Shown here piece after piece: positions 50,738 to 60,177 of a stretch of DNA of 64,000 bases. Made by a program: the position numbers and the translations under genes. Numbering within the stretch: the stretch's first letter is position 1; every line of letters begins with the position of its first letter. The notes beneath the pieces are model-generated. The model was not told where the DNA came from. It worked only from the letters and a program-made list of their open reading frames with translations, and did no database searches. This stretch comes from Acidimicrobiia bacterium (GTDB lineage Bacteria > Actinomycetota > Acidimicrobiia > Spongiisociales > ZC4RG35), in the NCBI GenBank assembly GCA_041746105.1, contig JBGTHP010000039.1, positions 34,201-98,200 on the forward strand, read 5' to 3'.

Positions 50738-50851
50738 ACCGGGTCCAGTTATCCGGGCGTCGGCCGAGAGCGGGCGGGCGGGCCCTATTTCGCTGTTCGA
50801 CAACACATCGAGCGCATTCCTGCCTAACAACTCGGCAGTCGATAGGGTCAC

Positions 50852-51469
50852 ATGATGCGCATAGGAATTCTCTTGTTTGACGATGTGGATCTCCTCGACG
50901 TCGGAGGGCCCTATGAAGTTTTTCTCACGGCCAACCGGCTGACGGAACGACTGGGCGATGTAGCTCCTTTCGAGGTCTTGACCATCGGCGACGAAACGGT
51001 GACCGCATACGGTGGACTCGGCCTCGTCCCTCAATCTTCGGTTGTAGGCGCCGGCTCGATCGACGTATTGGTAGTACCCGGCGCAATCGCCATCGATGAT
51101 GTAATCGAAAGATCGGACGTTGTGACAACCCTCCGCCGGTTGCTGGCGCAATCCGAAATCGTCGCCAGTGTTTGCACCGGTGCATTCTTGATCGGTGACC
51201 AGGGGCTGCTCGACGGCCGAAACTGGACAACCCATTGGGAGGATGTTGGTTTCCTCGCCGAGAGGATCGGATCCAATGGCGGCCGCCCGTGGGAGGAATG
51301 GGTCGACACCGGAAAGATCGTGACTGCGGGCGGTCTCAGCGCCGGGATTTCGATGTCGTTACATCTGGTCGACCGCCTCGTCGGCCGAGACGTCGCGGTC
51401 GCGACCGCCCGCCAGCTTCAATATGACTGGAACCCAGACGGCGGAATCGACGAACCGCTCATCGCATGA
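50852..51469 (+). CDS. DJ-1/PfpI family protein
   Basis: MRIGILLFDDVDLLDVGGPYEVF and the Cys nucleophile elbow SVCTGAF. Confidence 0.8.
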   Translation: MMRIGILLFDDVDLLDVGGPYEVFLTANRLTERLGDVAPFEVLTIGDETVTAYGGLGLVPQSSVVGAGSIDVLVVPGAIAIDDVIERSDVVTTLRRLLAQSEIVASVCTGAFLIGDQGLLDGRNWTTHWEDVGFLAERIGSNGGRPWEEWVDTGKIVTAGGLSAGISMSLHLVDRLVGRDVAVATARQLQYDWNPDGGIDEPLIA

Positions 51470-52056
51470 TCGAAATTCTGACCCCGCCCGAAGCCAGGGT
51501 GCTCGGGTGTCTGATCGAAAAGCAGATGACTACACCCGAGTACTACCCCATGACGGTCAACGCGTTGGTGTCCGCATGCAATCAGAAGAACAATCGGGAC
51601 CCGGTCGTGACCTATGACGACGAGATCGTCGAACACGCGCTGCGTTCACTGAACGACCGTAATGGGCTCACCAAGTTCACACGGAGCCCTGGCGCACGTG
51701 CACTCAAGTACGTGCACAAAGGGGGCGACGTTCTCCAGGTCGACGATCACCAGTTGGCACTGATTTCGGTCATGTTGCTCCGTGGGCCGCAGACGGCTGG
51801 AGAACTCCGCACCAGGACCGAGCGGTATATCGACTTTGAAGGCGTGCCGGCGGTCGAGGCGGTCCTCAACGATCTCATTCACCGAGACGAACCCCTCGTC
51901 GAGAAGATCCACCGTGAATCCGGGCAGCGGGAAGAACGTTTTCGCTCGCTCCTGGCAGACTGGGACCCCGCCACCGTCGGACGCCCGCAACCATCCGATC
52001 GCCTCGAGCAGATCGAAGCCCGGCTGGCCCGCATCGAGGAAGCGCTCGGACTGTGA
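51466..52056 (+). CDS. DUF480 (YceH-like) protein
   Basis: LTPPEARVLGCLIEKQMTTPEYYPMTVNAL winged-helix N-terminus typical of the family. Confidence 0.7.
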   Translation: MIEILTPPEARVLGCLIEKQMTTPEYYPMTVNALVSACNQKNNRDPVVTYDDEIVEHALRSLNDRNGLTKFTRSPGARALKYVHKGGDVLQVDDHQLALISVMLLRGPQTAGELRTRTERYIDFEGVPAVEAVLNDLIHRDEPLVEKIHRESGQREERFRSLLADWDPATVGRPQPSDRLEQIEARLARIEEALGL

Positions 52057-52501
52057 AATCAGGCCTCAGGCGTTCAGCCGGCTGGAACCTCGTATTCGGG
52101 GGCGTTCTCTACGCGGCATTCCTCGGAGGTGCAATATGACCCGATTCCGGGAGTGACGGTCCGTGGGTGCTCGGATTGGCGACACATGCACGGACGCTGG
52201 TTTTGGTGGGTTTGGTCGCGGCGCGTCGCAGGCTCCAGCTCAGGGGTGGGTCTCCAGGGTATGGAATGGATCCACCGTCATGGCGTTCCTCGGGCTCACC
52301 GTAGGCCGTCCATTGTGGTCGGTGGCGATGTTCGGGTTTGTGTTGTCAATTGCGGTGGCGACCGGTCGCAGGGCGCGCAAACTGGCTGGCGTGGAGCCCT
52401 TGGTGGCATTGGCCTCATTGCTCATCATGGGTTCCGGACTGGTGTGGCTCGGCCTGATCGTCGCCCACGAACCAGAGCCGAGCGGCTGGGCTTGAGATTC
52501 T

Positions 52502-52539
52502 GTAACACGATGTTCACAATCGCGACACGACACGGAAAC
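52502..52539 (+). promoter_or_regulatory. putative GlnR-type binding site: four pentameric half-sites spaced by 6 nt, upstream of glnII
   Basis: GTAAC-acgatg-TTCAC-aatcgc-GACAC-gacacg-GAAAC resembles the actinobacterial GlnR box gTnAc-n6-GaAAc-n6-GtnAC-n6-GaAAc. Located ~70 nt before the glnII start. Confidence 0.45.
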
Positions 52540-52609
52540 CGGCTGGTGAGACCGTTGTCGCCGAAGATAGACCAGGCGCAGGCGCGCCCCGATACGCCGA
52601 GGAGATGAA

Positions 52610-53617
52610 GTGGCATACAGAGCCGAGTACATCTGGATCGATGGCAGCGAGCCAACCAAAAAGCTGCGCTCGAAGACAAAGGTGGTTCCCGACGGTGAGG
52701 AGGCGCCGATCTGGGGTTTTGATGGCTCTTCGACCAACCAGGCTCCAGGCAACAGCTCGGACTGCGTATTGCGGCCGGTCAAGATCGTTCCCGACCCGAT
52801 CCGAGGCGGCGACGACGTGCTCGTTTTATGCGACGTCCTGACCGTTGAGATGGAACCACACCCGTCCAACACGCGGGCACCGTGCAAAGAAATCGCCGAC
52901 AAGTACGCCCATCACGATTCTTGGTTCGGGATCGAACAGGAGTACACCTTCTTCAGAGACGGACGCCCTTTTGGTTTCCCCCAAGGCGGTTACCCGGCAC
53001 CGCAGGGTGGCTACTACTGCGGCATCGGTTCCGACGAGATCTTTGGCCGGCCAGTGGTCGAGGCGCACACGACAAATTGCCTCAATGCAGGTCTCAACAT
53101 TTCTGGAACCAATGCGGAAGTCATGATCGGACAGTGGGAGTTTCAGATCGGTCCGTCAAGCCCCGTGGACTGCGCCGACGATGTTTGGTTGGCCCGGTGG
53201 CTCCTATACCGGACCGCCGAGGACTTCGACGTCTCCGCACATCTCGACCCCAAACCGGTCAAAGGCGATTGGAACGGCGCCGGAGCCCATACCAATTTCT
53301 CGACCAAGGACATGCGGGAGTCCTACGAGCCTTGTGTTGCTGCCGCCGAGGCCCTCGGTAAACGCCATGACCTGCATGTGGCCAATTACGGCGCCGAAAT
53401 CGAACATCGGCTCACCGGTCTCCACGAGACCGCCCCCTGGACGCACTACAGCTACGGCGTTTCTGACCGCGGTTCGTCGGTCCGGATTCCATGGCAGGTC
53501 GCCAAAGAAGGCAAGGGCTACATCGAGGATCGACGGCCGAACGCCAACATGGACCCCTACGTTGTCACCCGTCTGATCACCGAAACCGTGTGTGGCACGG
53601 CCGACGGCGATCTCTGA
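52610..53617 (+). CDS. glnII: glutamine synthetase type II (eukaryote-like GSII)
   Basis: 335 aa. EYIWIDG, CDV, NAEVMIGQWEFQIGP, GAGAHTNFS, SVRIP signatures of GSII. Confidence 0.9.
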   Translation: MAYRAEYIWIDGSEPTKKLRSKTKVVPDGEEAPIWGFDGSSTNQAPGNSSDCVLRPVKIVPDPIRGGDDVLVLCDVLTVEMEPHPSNTRAPCKEIADKYAHHDSWFGIEQEYTFFRDGRPFGFPQGGYPAPQGGYYCGIGSDEIFGRPVVEAHTTNCLNAGLNISGTNAEVMIGQWEFQIGPSSPVDCADDVWLARWLLYRTAEDFDVSAHLDPKPVKGDWNGAGAHTNFSTKDMRESYEPCVAAAEALGKRHDLHVANYGAEIEHRLTGLHETAPWTHYSYGVSDRGSSVRIPWQVAKEGKGYIEDRRPNANMDPYVVTRLITETVCGTADGDL

Positions 53618-53634
53618 ACCAAACAGTCAAGTAA

Positions 53635-53663
53635 GGGAGGGCGGGGCATTGTCCCGCCCTCCC
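53635..53663. terminator. bidirectional intrinsic terminator hairpin between glnII and ybaK
   Basis: GGGAGGGCGGGG-cattgt-CCCGCCCTCCC, an 11-bp GC stem immediately after the glnII stop and before the convergent ybaK stop. Confidence 0.55.
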
Positions 53664-54155
53664 TCATTCTGTGAGGTCGGCCACCGTCGCCTCCAGCAAG
53701 TCGATCAGATCTCGCGGCGCCACCTCGACCTGCAGACCGCGGCGGCCGGCGCTGGCCAGAACCGATTCGAACAGTTCGATCGACTCGTCGACAAAAACCG
53801 CAAGCCGGCGCCTTTGTCCGAACGGGCTGATGCCACCGGTCACGTAGCCGGTCCAGCGCTCGGCGTCGGAGGGCGACGCCATCTCTGCCTTTTTCGCCCC
53901 GGCCGCCCGAGCCAAACCCTTCAAGAAGAGACGAGCACTCACTGGCACTATCGCGACTACCGGCTCCCCGTCGACGGCGGCGACCAACGTTTTGAACAGG
54001 CGCTCTGCCGACACGCCGAGGCTCTTGGCTACCGCCTCGCCGTAGGTATCGCCGCCAACGTCGGAGGTGATTTGGTACTCGTGGATTGAAAAAGGTACGC
54101 CTGCGGCTCGCAAGGCGACCAGAGCCGGCGTGCTGTCTGCAGTGGGTCGGGACAC
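53664..54155 (-). CDS. ybaK: Cys-tRNA(Pro)/Cys-tRNA(Cys) deacylase YbaK
   Basis: TPALVALRAAGVPFSIHEY...GGISPFGQRRRLAVFVDESI. GTG start at 54153-54155 preferred over the longer ORF to 54245. Confidence 0.75.
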   Translation of the reverse strand: MSRPTADSTPALVALRAAGVPFSIHEYQITSDVGGDTYGEAVAKSLGVSAERLFKTLVAAVDGEPVVAIVPVSARLFLKGLARAAGAKKAEMASPSDAERWTGYVTGGISPFGQRRRLAVFVDESIELFESVLASAGRRGLQVEVAPRDLIDLLEATVADLTE

Positions 54156-54232
54156 GCCATGATCGTAAAGCCCGCTGCTCGGATCGTTCGATACAGGGAC
54201 CGGAAACGATGGCTGTTGCGACGATTTACTCG

Positions 54233-54592
54233 CTATGGCGTCCATTCAGCCCGAGCCGAAGCTCGAACCTCGCTCGCCGGGATCAGCCAGCGCTCCACTC
54301 TTATTGCCACTTCCACGACAACAATCCTGGGCGTGGGCGAGGGGTCGACGTCGCACTCGCAGCGCACCAGGTGGGCGCCGTTGGCCTCGGCATATCGAGA
54401 GGCCTCGAGGTGGGGGTCACTAGAAGGATCAACCGTTGCGGCCGCAGCCGCCAGAGCAGCCGCGTCGGCGGCAACGCCCGCTTGAAAATAGGTGTCGGTC
54501 AACCGGGCCATGTCCGCTGCAGCAAACCCGACTGCCAGCACCAGCGGCAGAAGGGAGGCAGCCAGCACGGACGCCGATCCGCGCTGCGTCAT
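54233..54592 (-). CDS. TadE/TadG-like pilus assembly protein
   Basis: ASVLAASLLPLVLAVGFAAADMAR N-terminal pseudopilin-like helix. Position in the Tad locus. Confidence 0.6.
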   Translation of the reverse strand: MTQRGSASVLAASLLPLVLAVGFAAADMARLTDTYFQAGVAADAAALAAAAATVDPSSDPHLEASRYAEANGAHLVRCECDVDPSPTPRIVVVEVAIRVERWLIPASEVRASARAEWTP

Positions 54593-54951
54593 AGCTCAAC
54601 TCTCATGACCGCCCTCGCCCTCATCGCCACGCTGAACACATCCAGAAGAGGGGTGACCAGCGGCTTTTCGAGATTGAGAACAACCTCGGCAGGCTCTCCT
54701 ACGACCGAAGGACGGCGGACCGTTATCCCGACCAAAGCAGCCAATGATGTAGGAAGGGCCTCTCGAACTGCCGCGGCGGCGGCCGAAGGGTCGGGAACGG
54801 TGGCTGCGACCCGCGCTCCTTCCCGGGCCGCAGCCACCAGATCCAGATGGGTCATCACCGCCGAAGTCACCTCTAGCGCAGCGACGGCCACCAAAAGCAC
54901 CACCGGAATAACCAATGCCGCTTCGACGGTGAATGACCCGCGCTCTGTCAT
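54589..54951 (-). CDS. TadE-like pilus assembly protein
   Basis: ERGSFTVEAALVIPVVLLVAVAALE TadE motif. Confidence 0.65.
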   Translation of the reverse strand: MTERGSFTVEAALVIPVVLLVAVAALEVTSAVMTHLDLVAAAREGARVAATVPDPSAAAAAVREALPTSLAALVGITVRRPSVVGEPAEVVLNLEKPLVTPLLDVFSVAMRARAVMRVEL

Positions 54952-55154
54952 TTCCGGACGAACTGGCTGACGACGGAGACCACCGAATCAAACAGAGACG
55001 AAAGAGTCGACTTTCCAGATCCGGACTTGGCCCATGCGATCAGAACGACGGCGATCGCCGCCACCGCCACCATCACCAGGACATACTCCACCGTGCCCTG
55101 GCCCCGTTCTCCTGCGGCTCCTCTGCTCATCAACCATGCAAACACGCGCGTCAT
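54948..55154 (-). CDS. flp: Flp-family type IVb pilin
   Basis: MTRVFAWLMSRGAAGERGQGTVEYVLVMVAVAAIAVVLI, a prepilin with G/E-Y motif then hydrophobic helix. Confidence 0.55.
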   Translation of the reverse strand: MTRVFAWLMSRGAAGERGQGTVEYVLVMVAVAAIAVVLIAWAKSGSGKSTLSSLFDSVVSVVSQFVRK

Positions 55155-55210
55155 CAACGCTCCTTTCTCATTCCGGCGTCCGGCCGGAGACGGGGGGAAG
55201 CAAGATCGAA

Positions 55211-55747
55211 TCACGGGACCACGAAACCGAGGAGATCAGAGGCTCCGTCGACCATGGCCGGACCCATCACGACCAGAACAAACCCGGGCAGGAGGAGCAG
55301 CGACACTGCAGGCACCAGCCGAATTGGCAGCGTGCGTGCCCGCCGCAACATGTCGTTACGTTGCTCGCTCGACACCGAATCAACGAAACTGCGAAGAGTC
55401 GGAACCAGTGCAGCCCCAGTCATCTGGGCGCGTGCGAGGCAAAGCCAGAGATTCGCCAGTGAACCCTCGTTCGTGGCCGCCAGCGCCGCCCCCAGACCAC
55501 TCGGCCGGGCACGTCGCAACAACGCCTCGATCTGAATCCGATCGGCAGTTTGTGCCGATCGGGCTGCGAGCTGGAGGGCACCGGTGAGATTGAGACCGCC
55601 GGCACACCCAATGAGAAGAGCCCGCGCGATCTGGCCGCTGCTGGTCTGTTTCGACACACGGGGGCGTCGCCTGAGCGGCGAACGGAGGTGTACGTCGGTG
55701 ACGATCATCCAACCCGCCAGCGCCATCAGTGGTGCCGCCCAACTCAC
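55211..55747 (-). CDS. tadC: type II secretion system F-domain protein (TadC-like)
   Basis: 178 aa. T2SSF-like helical protein. Locus position. Confidence 0.7.
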   Translation of the reverse strand: MSWAAPLMALAGWMIVTDVHLRSPLRRRPRVSKQTSSGQIARALLIGCAGGLNLTGALQLAARSAQTADRIQIEALLRRARPSGLGAALAATNEGSLANLWLCLARAQMTGAALVPTLRSFVDSVSSEQRNDMLRRARTLPIRLVPAVSLLLLPGFVLVVMGPAMVDGASDLLGFVVP

Positions 55748-56403
55748 CTCGACGCCCTTTTGATGACGACGCCGACTACCGCAATCCCGCCGGCAACAAA
55801 AGCGGCACCGGCGGCAACCAACATGGCAGACAGGCCGCCCGATTCGAGGGTTCGGCCGAGCGAACCAGACACGAACATCGACAGCAGCACCAGCAGTGGA
55901 ACTCCCCCGACGATGACACCCTGGAGAATGACCGGGGCCGCGGCCGCCTGCTGTTCTCGCCGGAGGTCGTCGAGCGACAAGGCCTGAGAAGCAAGTTCCT
56001 CGAACACGGCAGCAGAAGTCGCACCCGTCACCCCGGCAACCTGAAAGACCGCCTCAACCAGCGATGGGTCGGGGCTGGTTTCGACGGCAACCGCCCGTGC
56101 CACGTCGGCGATAGGCGCACCGGACAAAGCCAGGCGACGGGCCGCCGGCATGTGCTCGTTCGAGGCCGACGCCGCCACCGCCATTCGCAGGCTCTGACCG
56201 GCGTTCAGCTCAGAAGCAATCGAAACCAGGGTGAGTATCCCCTGACTGGTGTCCGAAAACCGCAACCGGCTCCACCTCCAAGCGAGGACGCAGATGGCGC
56301 CGAACGCCGGCCACGGGGCAAGGCCGGCAAGTACGAACGAGCCAACCACCGGCAGTGGGACTCCCGAGGCGATCGCCAGCCCCGCGACCATGGCCCCGAT
56401 CAC
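55744..56403 (-). CDS. tadB: type II secretion system F-domain protein (TadB-like)
   Basis: 219 aa. Membrane helices flanking the T2SSF domain. Confidence 0.7.
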   Translation of the reverse strand: MIGAMVAGLAIASGVPLPVVGSFVLAGLAPWPAFGAICVLAWRWSRLRFSDTSQGILTLVSIASELNAGQSLRMAVAASASNEHMPAARRLALSGAPIADVARAVAVETSPDPSLVEAVFQVAGVTGATSAAVFEELASQALSLDDLRREQQAAAAPVILQGVIVGGVPLLVLLSMFVSGSLGRTLESGGLSAMLVAAGAAFVAGGIAVVGVVIKRASR

Positions 56404-57401
56404 CCTCGTACCTCGATCGCCGCGATCCGGCGGGCCCCGTCATCCGCCCGTTCGAGTTGGACGATGGCGTGAACGGCGGCGTCGATCTGACGGCGCACCA
56501 CCTCGGGGTCGAGCCGAACCGAACCGGAAAGAGCCAGGGTCTCGAGCCTCCAGACCGCCTCACTTGGACTATTGGCATGGAGCGTCGCCATCGAACCGTT
56601 GTGGCCCGTGTTGAGGGCCGAAACCAGATCGAGAGCCTCAGGCCCCCGAACTTCGCCCACGACCAATCGGTCAGGCCGTAGTCGCAATGCCGATCGAACC
56701 AACCGGGTCATCGTGATCTCACCCTGACCTTCGCTGTTGGACGGACGCGCCTCGAGCCGGACGACGTGGCCCTCGAGCCGGAGCTCGGCCGCATCCTCGA
56801 TGACCACAACCCTTTGCGTGGTAGGAATCAGCTTCGACAACAGGTTGAGCAAGGTCGTCTTTCCTGTCCCCGTGCCGCCAGAAACCAGGATGTTCGCTCT
56901 GCGCTCAACCAGTTCCTCCAGCAACCCGACCTGCTCGGGCGTGGCTCCACCCTGTTCCACCATGGCCATGAAGTCGGGCACAGCTTGGGTGAAACGCCTT
57001 ATCGCAACCAAAGGAGAGCCAACCGAAGCAGGCGGAATGATCGCATGGAGCCTCGAGCCGTCCGGGAGGCGCGCATCGACGAACGGCGAAGAACGGTCGA
57101 GACGCAACCCCAACGGTGCGATCACCCGCTCGACGGCGGCGATGACCGCTGTTTGAGACGTGAACTCGACCGCGCTGCGTTGGAGACGTCCGCCGATCTC
57201 GACATAGACCTCGCTCGGACCATTGACCAAAACGTCGCTGATCGATTCGTCTCTGAGCAGCGCCTCGACCGGACCGAGGCCAACCAGTTCATCGACGACA
57301 CCGGCCAATTCGCGCGGATTGGCCAGCGGCGCCTCTTCTGGTGCGATCCGCCGGAGCTCTTTGACCACGTGTTCGCGGTCGAGTGGAACATCCGAACTCA
57401 T
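56400..57401 (-). CDS. tadA: Tad/Flp pilus assembly ATPase (CpaF/TadA)
   Basis: ILVSGGTGTGKTTLLN Walker A and secretion-ATPase His box. Start chosen at MSSDVPL to avoid overlap with the upstream gene. Confidence 0.85.
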   Translation of the reverse strand: MSSDVPLDREHVVKELRRIAPEEAPLANPRELAGVVDELVGLGPVEALLRDESISDVLVNGPSEVYVEIGGRLQRSAVEFTSQTAVIAAVERVIAPLGLRLDRSSPFVDARLPDGSRLHAIIPPASVGSPLVAIRRFTQAVPDFMAMVEQGGATPEQVGLLEELVERRANILVSGGTGTGKTTLLNLLSKLIPTTQRVVVIEDAAELRLEGHVVRLEARPSNSEGQGEITMTRLVRSALRLRPDRLVVGEVRGPEALDLVSALNTGHNGSMATLHANSPSEAVWRLETLALSGSVRLDPEVVRRQIDAAVHAIVQLERADDGARRIAAIEVRG

Positions 57402-57424
57402 GACCAGCGACACCAGGCGGTCGG

Positions 57425-57985
57425 TCAGTGCCACGGCAGGTCCCAAACACGACGGAACGCCTTTACCCAGCGCCAGCGTGGATTGATCCGCGACGACATC
57501 ATCGCCACCAACTGGGAACGGCTGAGCGGGGGCAACATGATTCCTCCATCGATCGACCCGCTCGAACGGCCAATTCGCTGCGCCAGACAAGGACCGTCGA
57601 CCTTTGGTGTCAACGGATCGGGCAGGAGCACAATCGCCGGAATCACGGGGACTCCTGGCGGATCAAACACCCCGGCCCGAAGCACGATCGACGGCCAGCC
57701 CCGCCTCAGGTGGCCGACGATGTCCATCACAGAGTCGAGGTCGAGCCCACCGTTCCCCAGCACCGCCACTCCCCGCCGCGCAGGTAGAAGATCGACACGG
57801 CGCAGACCGAGATCCGCCAACTCGGCCACGTTGCGGCCCGGGTAGGTAGGCGCCTGCGCATCACAATCCACCACCAAAGCCGTACCAACCGACGCCGCCA
57901 AACCCAACGGCGCCACATGGTGCAGAAGAGGTTCACCAACCCCACGAATCGCGAGAATCGAGTGACGATCTGTCATGTCCGACAA
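57425..57985 (-). CDS. degenerate ParA/CpaE-like protein of the Tad locus (Rv3660c/SsdA-like), lacking the Walker A lysine box
   Basis: 186 aa. ILAIRGVGEP...ALVVDCD in place of a KGGVGKT P-loop. Position upstream of tadA. Confidence 0.5.
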   Translation of the reverse strand: MSDMTDRHSILAIRGVGEPLLHHVAPLGLAASVGTALVVDCDAQAPTYPGRNVAELADLGLRRVDLLPARRGVAVLGNGGLDLDSVMDIVGHLRRGWPSIVLRAGVFDPPGVPVIPAIVLLPDPLTPKVDGPCLAQRIGRSSGSIDGGIMLPPLSRSQLVAMMSSRINPRWRWVKAFRRVWDLPWH

Positions 57986-58868
57986 CGTAAACTATCGCCA
58001 TCAGGCGTTCAAGGGTGTCGTGACGCCAGATCGAAACGATTCCCTATCCCCTGACCCGACATACAATGCCTTCATGGCCAGCGCTGCATTTTTCGACCTC
58101 GACAAGACGATCATCGCAAAGTCGTCGACACTGGCGTTCGCCCGGCCCCTCTCCAAGGCGGGAATGCTGTCGAAGCGGGCACTTCTCAAGGCCGGCATCG
58201 GGCAGGCCTATTATTCGATGTTCGGGGCAGATCACGACCAACTCGAGAAGGTGCGTGAAGAACTTGGCCAACTCACCAAAGGTTGGGATCAGGTAGAAGT
58301 TCAACAACTCGTCGCCGAAACCGTCGACGAAGTCGTATCACCGCTGGTCTACGCCGAGGCCCTCGCCATCATCGACGAACACCGGAGGGCCGGACGCAAG
58401 GTGGTCGTGATTTCATCGAGCCCTCAGGAGATTGTCGCTCCGTTTGGGGCCTATCTAGGGGTCGACGAGGTCATCGGAACCAGACCCGAGGTGGATGCGG
58501 ACGGGAAGTACACCGGCGAGGTCGAGTTCTACGCCTACGCCGAGGGCAAGGCGACCGCAATTCGGGAAATGGCCGAGGTCGAAGGGCTGGATTTGTCGGC
58601 ATGTTATGCCTACTCGGACTCGGCGACCGACCTTCCCATGATGGAGGCAGTCGGACATCCAGTGGTGGTCAATCCCGACAAGGAGCTGCGGGCGATCGCC
58701 GAGCAGCGGGACTGGCTGGTCATGGAATTCGAGCGGCCGGTGACGATTAGAACCCGTCTCGACAGCATGCCAAAAACGGTTCCGGTCATCTCGGGCGCGG
58801 CCGTTGCGAGCGGTGTGGCGGTGGCAGTCACCCTGTGGGCGCTCAAAGGCAAGCGCCGTATCGGCTAG
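57975..58868 (+). CDS. HAD-IB family hydrolase (SerB-like phosphatase)
   Basis: AAFFDLDKTII DxDxT motif, HAD-IB cap, C-terminal TM helix. Confidence 0.8.
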   Translation: MSDNVNYRHQAFKGVVTPDRNDSLSPDPTYNAFMASAAFFDLDKTIIAKSSTLAFARPLSKAGMLSKRALLKAGIGQAYYSMFGADHDQLEKVREELGQLTKGWDQVEVQQLVAETVDEVVSPLVYAEALAIIDEHRRAGRKVVVISSSPQEIVAPFGAYLGVDEVIGTRPEVDADGKYTGEVEFYAYAEGKATAIREMAEVEGLDLSACYAYSDSATDLPMMEAVGHPVVVNPDKELRAIAEQRDWLVMEFERPVTIRTRLDSMPKTVPVISGAAVASGVAVAVTLWALKGKRRIG

Positions 58869-59398
58869 CGGCCGGCGGCGCTTCGCTGACCGGAATAGAG
58901 AGCAACCTCAAACCCGCTCTCGACGAGAATCGCCGTCGGGTTGACCCAGATCCGCTCCCCGACAGCGGATGCAGACGCAACCAAGGCAGAACGTCGGAGG
59001 AGCTCGGGACTCCGTACCGAGACGAGTCCGGAGCGGTCGACTCCCGAAACGACCGTCCCAGCTTCAACCCGCTTGACCGCTTCTGTCGCTTCCCGGAACT
59101 GTACGAGGCCATCCTCCGAGCGGTTCTCCATCGCGGCCAACATGTCGTCTACCACCGCCAGCGTGGCTCCGTCCGGAACCAGCGAGTCCACGAATGCGAT
59201 CCACTCCACGACCTTGGAAAGATCCTCTAGTCGCCGTAGCAAGGTGGGGGCGTGGACCTCGAGCGTCGATCCCGACATCCTGCCAGTCCCCATGACGACG
59301 ACATCGTCTCCTCCCTCGACCAGGCTCAGCTGGCGCGCGCCATACTGTCTGAGCAGGTGAGAGGACATCATTACGCGCCAGGTTATACCGCTCTCCAT
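58865..59398 (-). CDS. hypothetical protein, divergent from ispD
   Basis: Start chosen at MESGITW. The longer ORF to 59770 is Arg-rich low-complexity and overlaps ispD. Confidence 0.3.
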   Translation of the reverse strand: MESGITWRVMMSSHLLRQYGARQLSLVEGGDDVVVMGTGRMSGSTLEVHAPTLLRRLEDLSKVVEWIAFVDSLVPDGATLAVVDDMLAAMENRSEDGLVQFREATEAVKRVEAGTVVSGVDRSGLVSVRSPELLRRSALVASASAVGERIWVNPTAILVESGFEVALYSGQRSAAGR

Positions 59399-59427
59399 CC
59401 GATCCCGGAAACCCCCGCGGTGACGAG

Positions 59428-60141
59428 TTGAACGCCGCCGCCATCGTGCTCGCCGGCGGATCGGGTTCTCGTGTGGGCAGGGACACCAACAAGGTATACC
59501 TCCCGCTCCGGTCTCGTTTGGTGCTCGAGCACTCTTTGCAGACCTTCCATGGCTCCGGGCTGTTTCAGAGACTCGTGATCGTCGTGCGACAGATCGACCG
59601 CCTTCTCGCCGACGAGCTGACCGGATCGCTCGATCCGCCACCGTTGACCGTGGTGGGCGGTGCCACCCGCCAGCAATCCGAGGCGGCCGGTCTCGAGGCG
59701 ATAGCCGCCGAGATCGAGGGCGGCACACTGGACCTCGTGGCAATTCATGATGGTGCCCGTCCTTTCGCAACCATCGCTCTCCTCCGGGATCTGCTCGATG
59801 CCGCCTCCGACGGCGGCGGCGCCATCCCTACGCTCCCGTTGAACGAACCGTTGTTCGCTGCGGCCTCGGGTCGGCTCACCACCCAAGCCGAACCCGGGCT
59901 GCGCAGGGTGCAGACTCCCCAGGTGTTCTCGGCGCCGGCCTTGCTCAACGCCTACCGACGAGCGACCGAAGCCGGGTTTTCTGGTGTGGACACCGCCGAG
60001 ACGATGGAACGTTTCAGCGACATCACAATCCGTTCCGTCCCGGGAGACGCCCGCAACATCAAGTTGACCGTGGTCGAGGATTTCTTCGAGGCCGAGGAGC
60101 TGGCGCTGCGTTGGCAAGATGGAACTTGGAGCGATCTATGA
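59428..60141 (+). CDS. ispD: 2-C-methyl-D-erythritol 4-phosphate cytidylyltransferase
   Basis: AAIVLAGGSGSRVGRDTNKVYLPL nucleotide-binding motif. 237 aa. Confidence 0.8.
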   Translation: MNAAAIVLAGGSGSRVGRDTNKVYLPLRSRLVLEHSLQTFHGSGLFQRLVIVVRQIDRLLADELTGSLDPPPLTVVGGATRQQSEAAGLEAIAAEIEGGTLDLVAIHDGARPFATIALLRDLLDAASDGGGAIPTLPLNEPLFAAASGRLTTQAEPGLRRVQTPQVFSAPALLNAYRRATEAGFSGVDTAETMERFSDITIRSVPGDARNIKLTVVEDFFEAEELALRWQDGTWSDL

Positions 60142-60177
60142 GTCAACGGTAAGACAATCGAAGCTCGGTTGGCCGGA

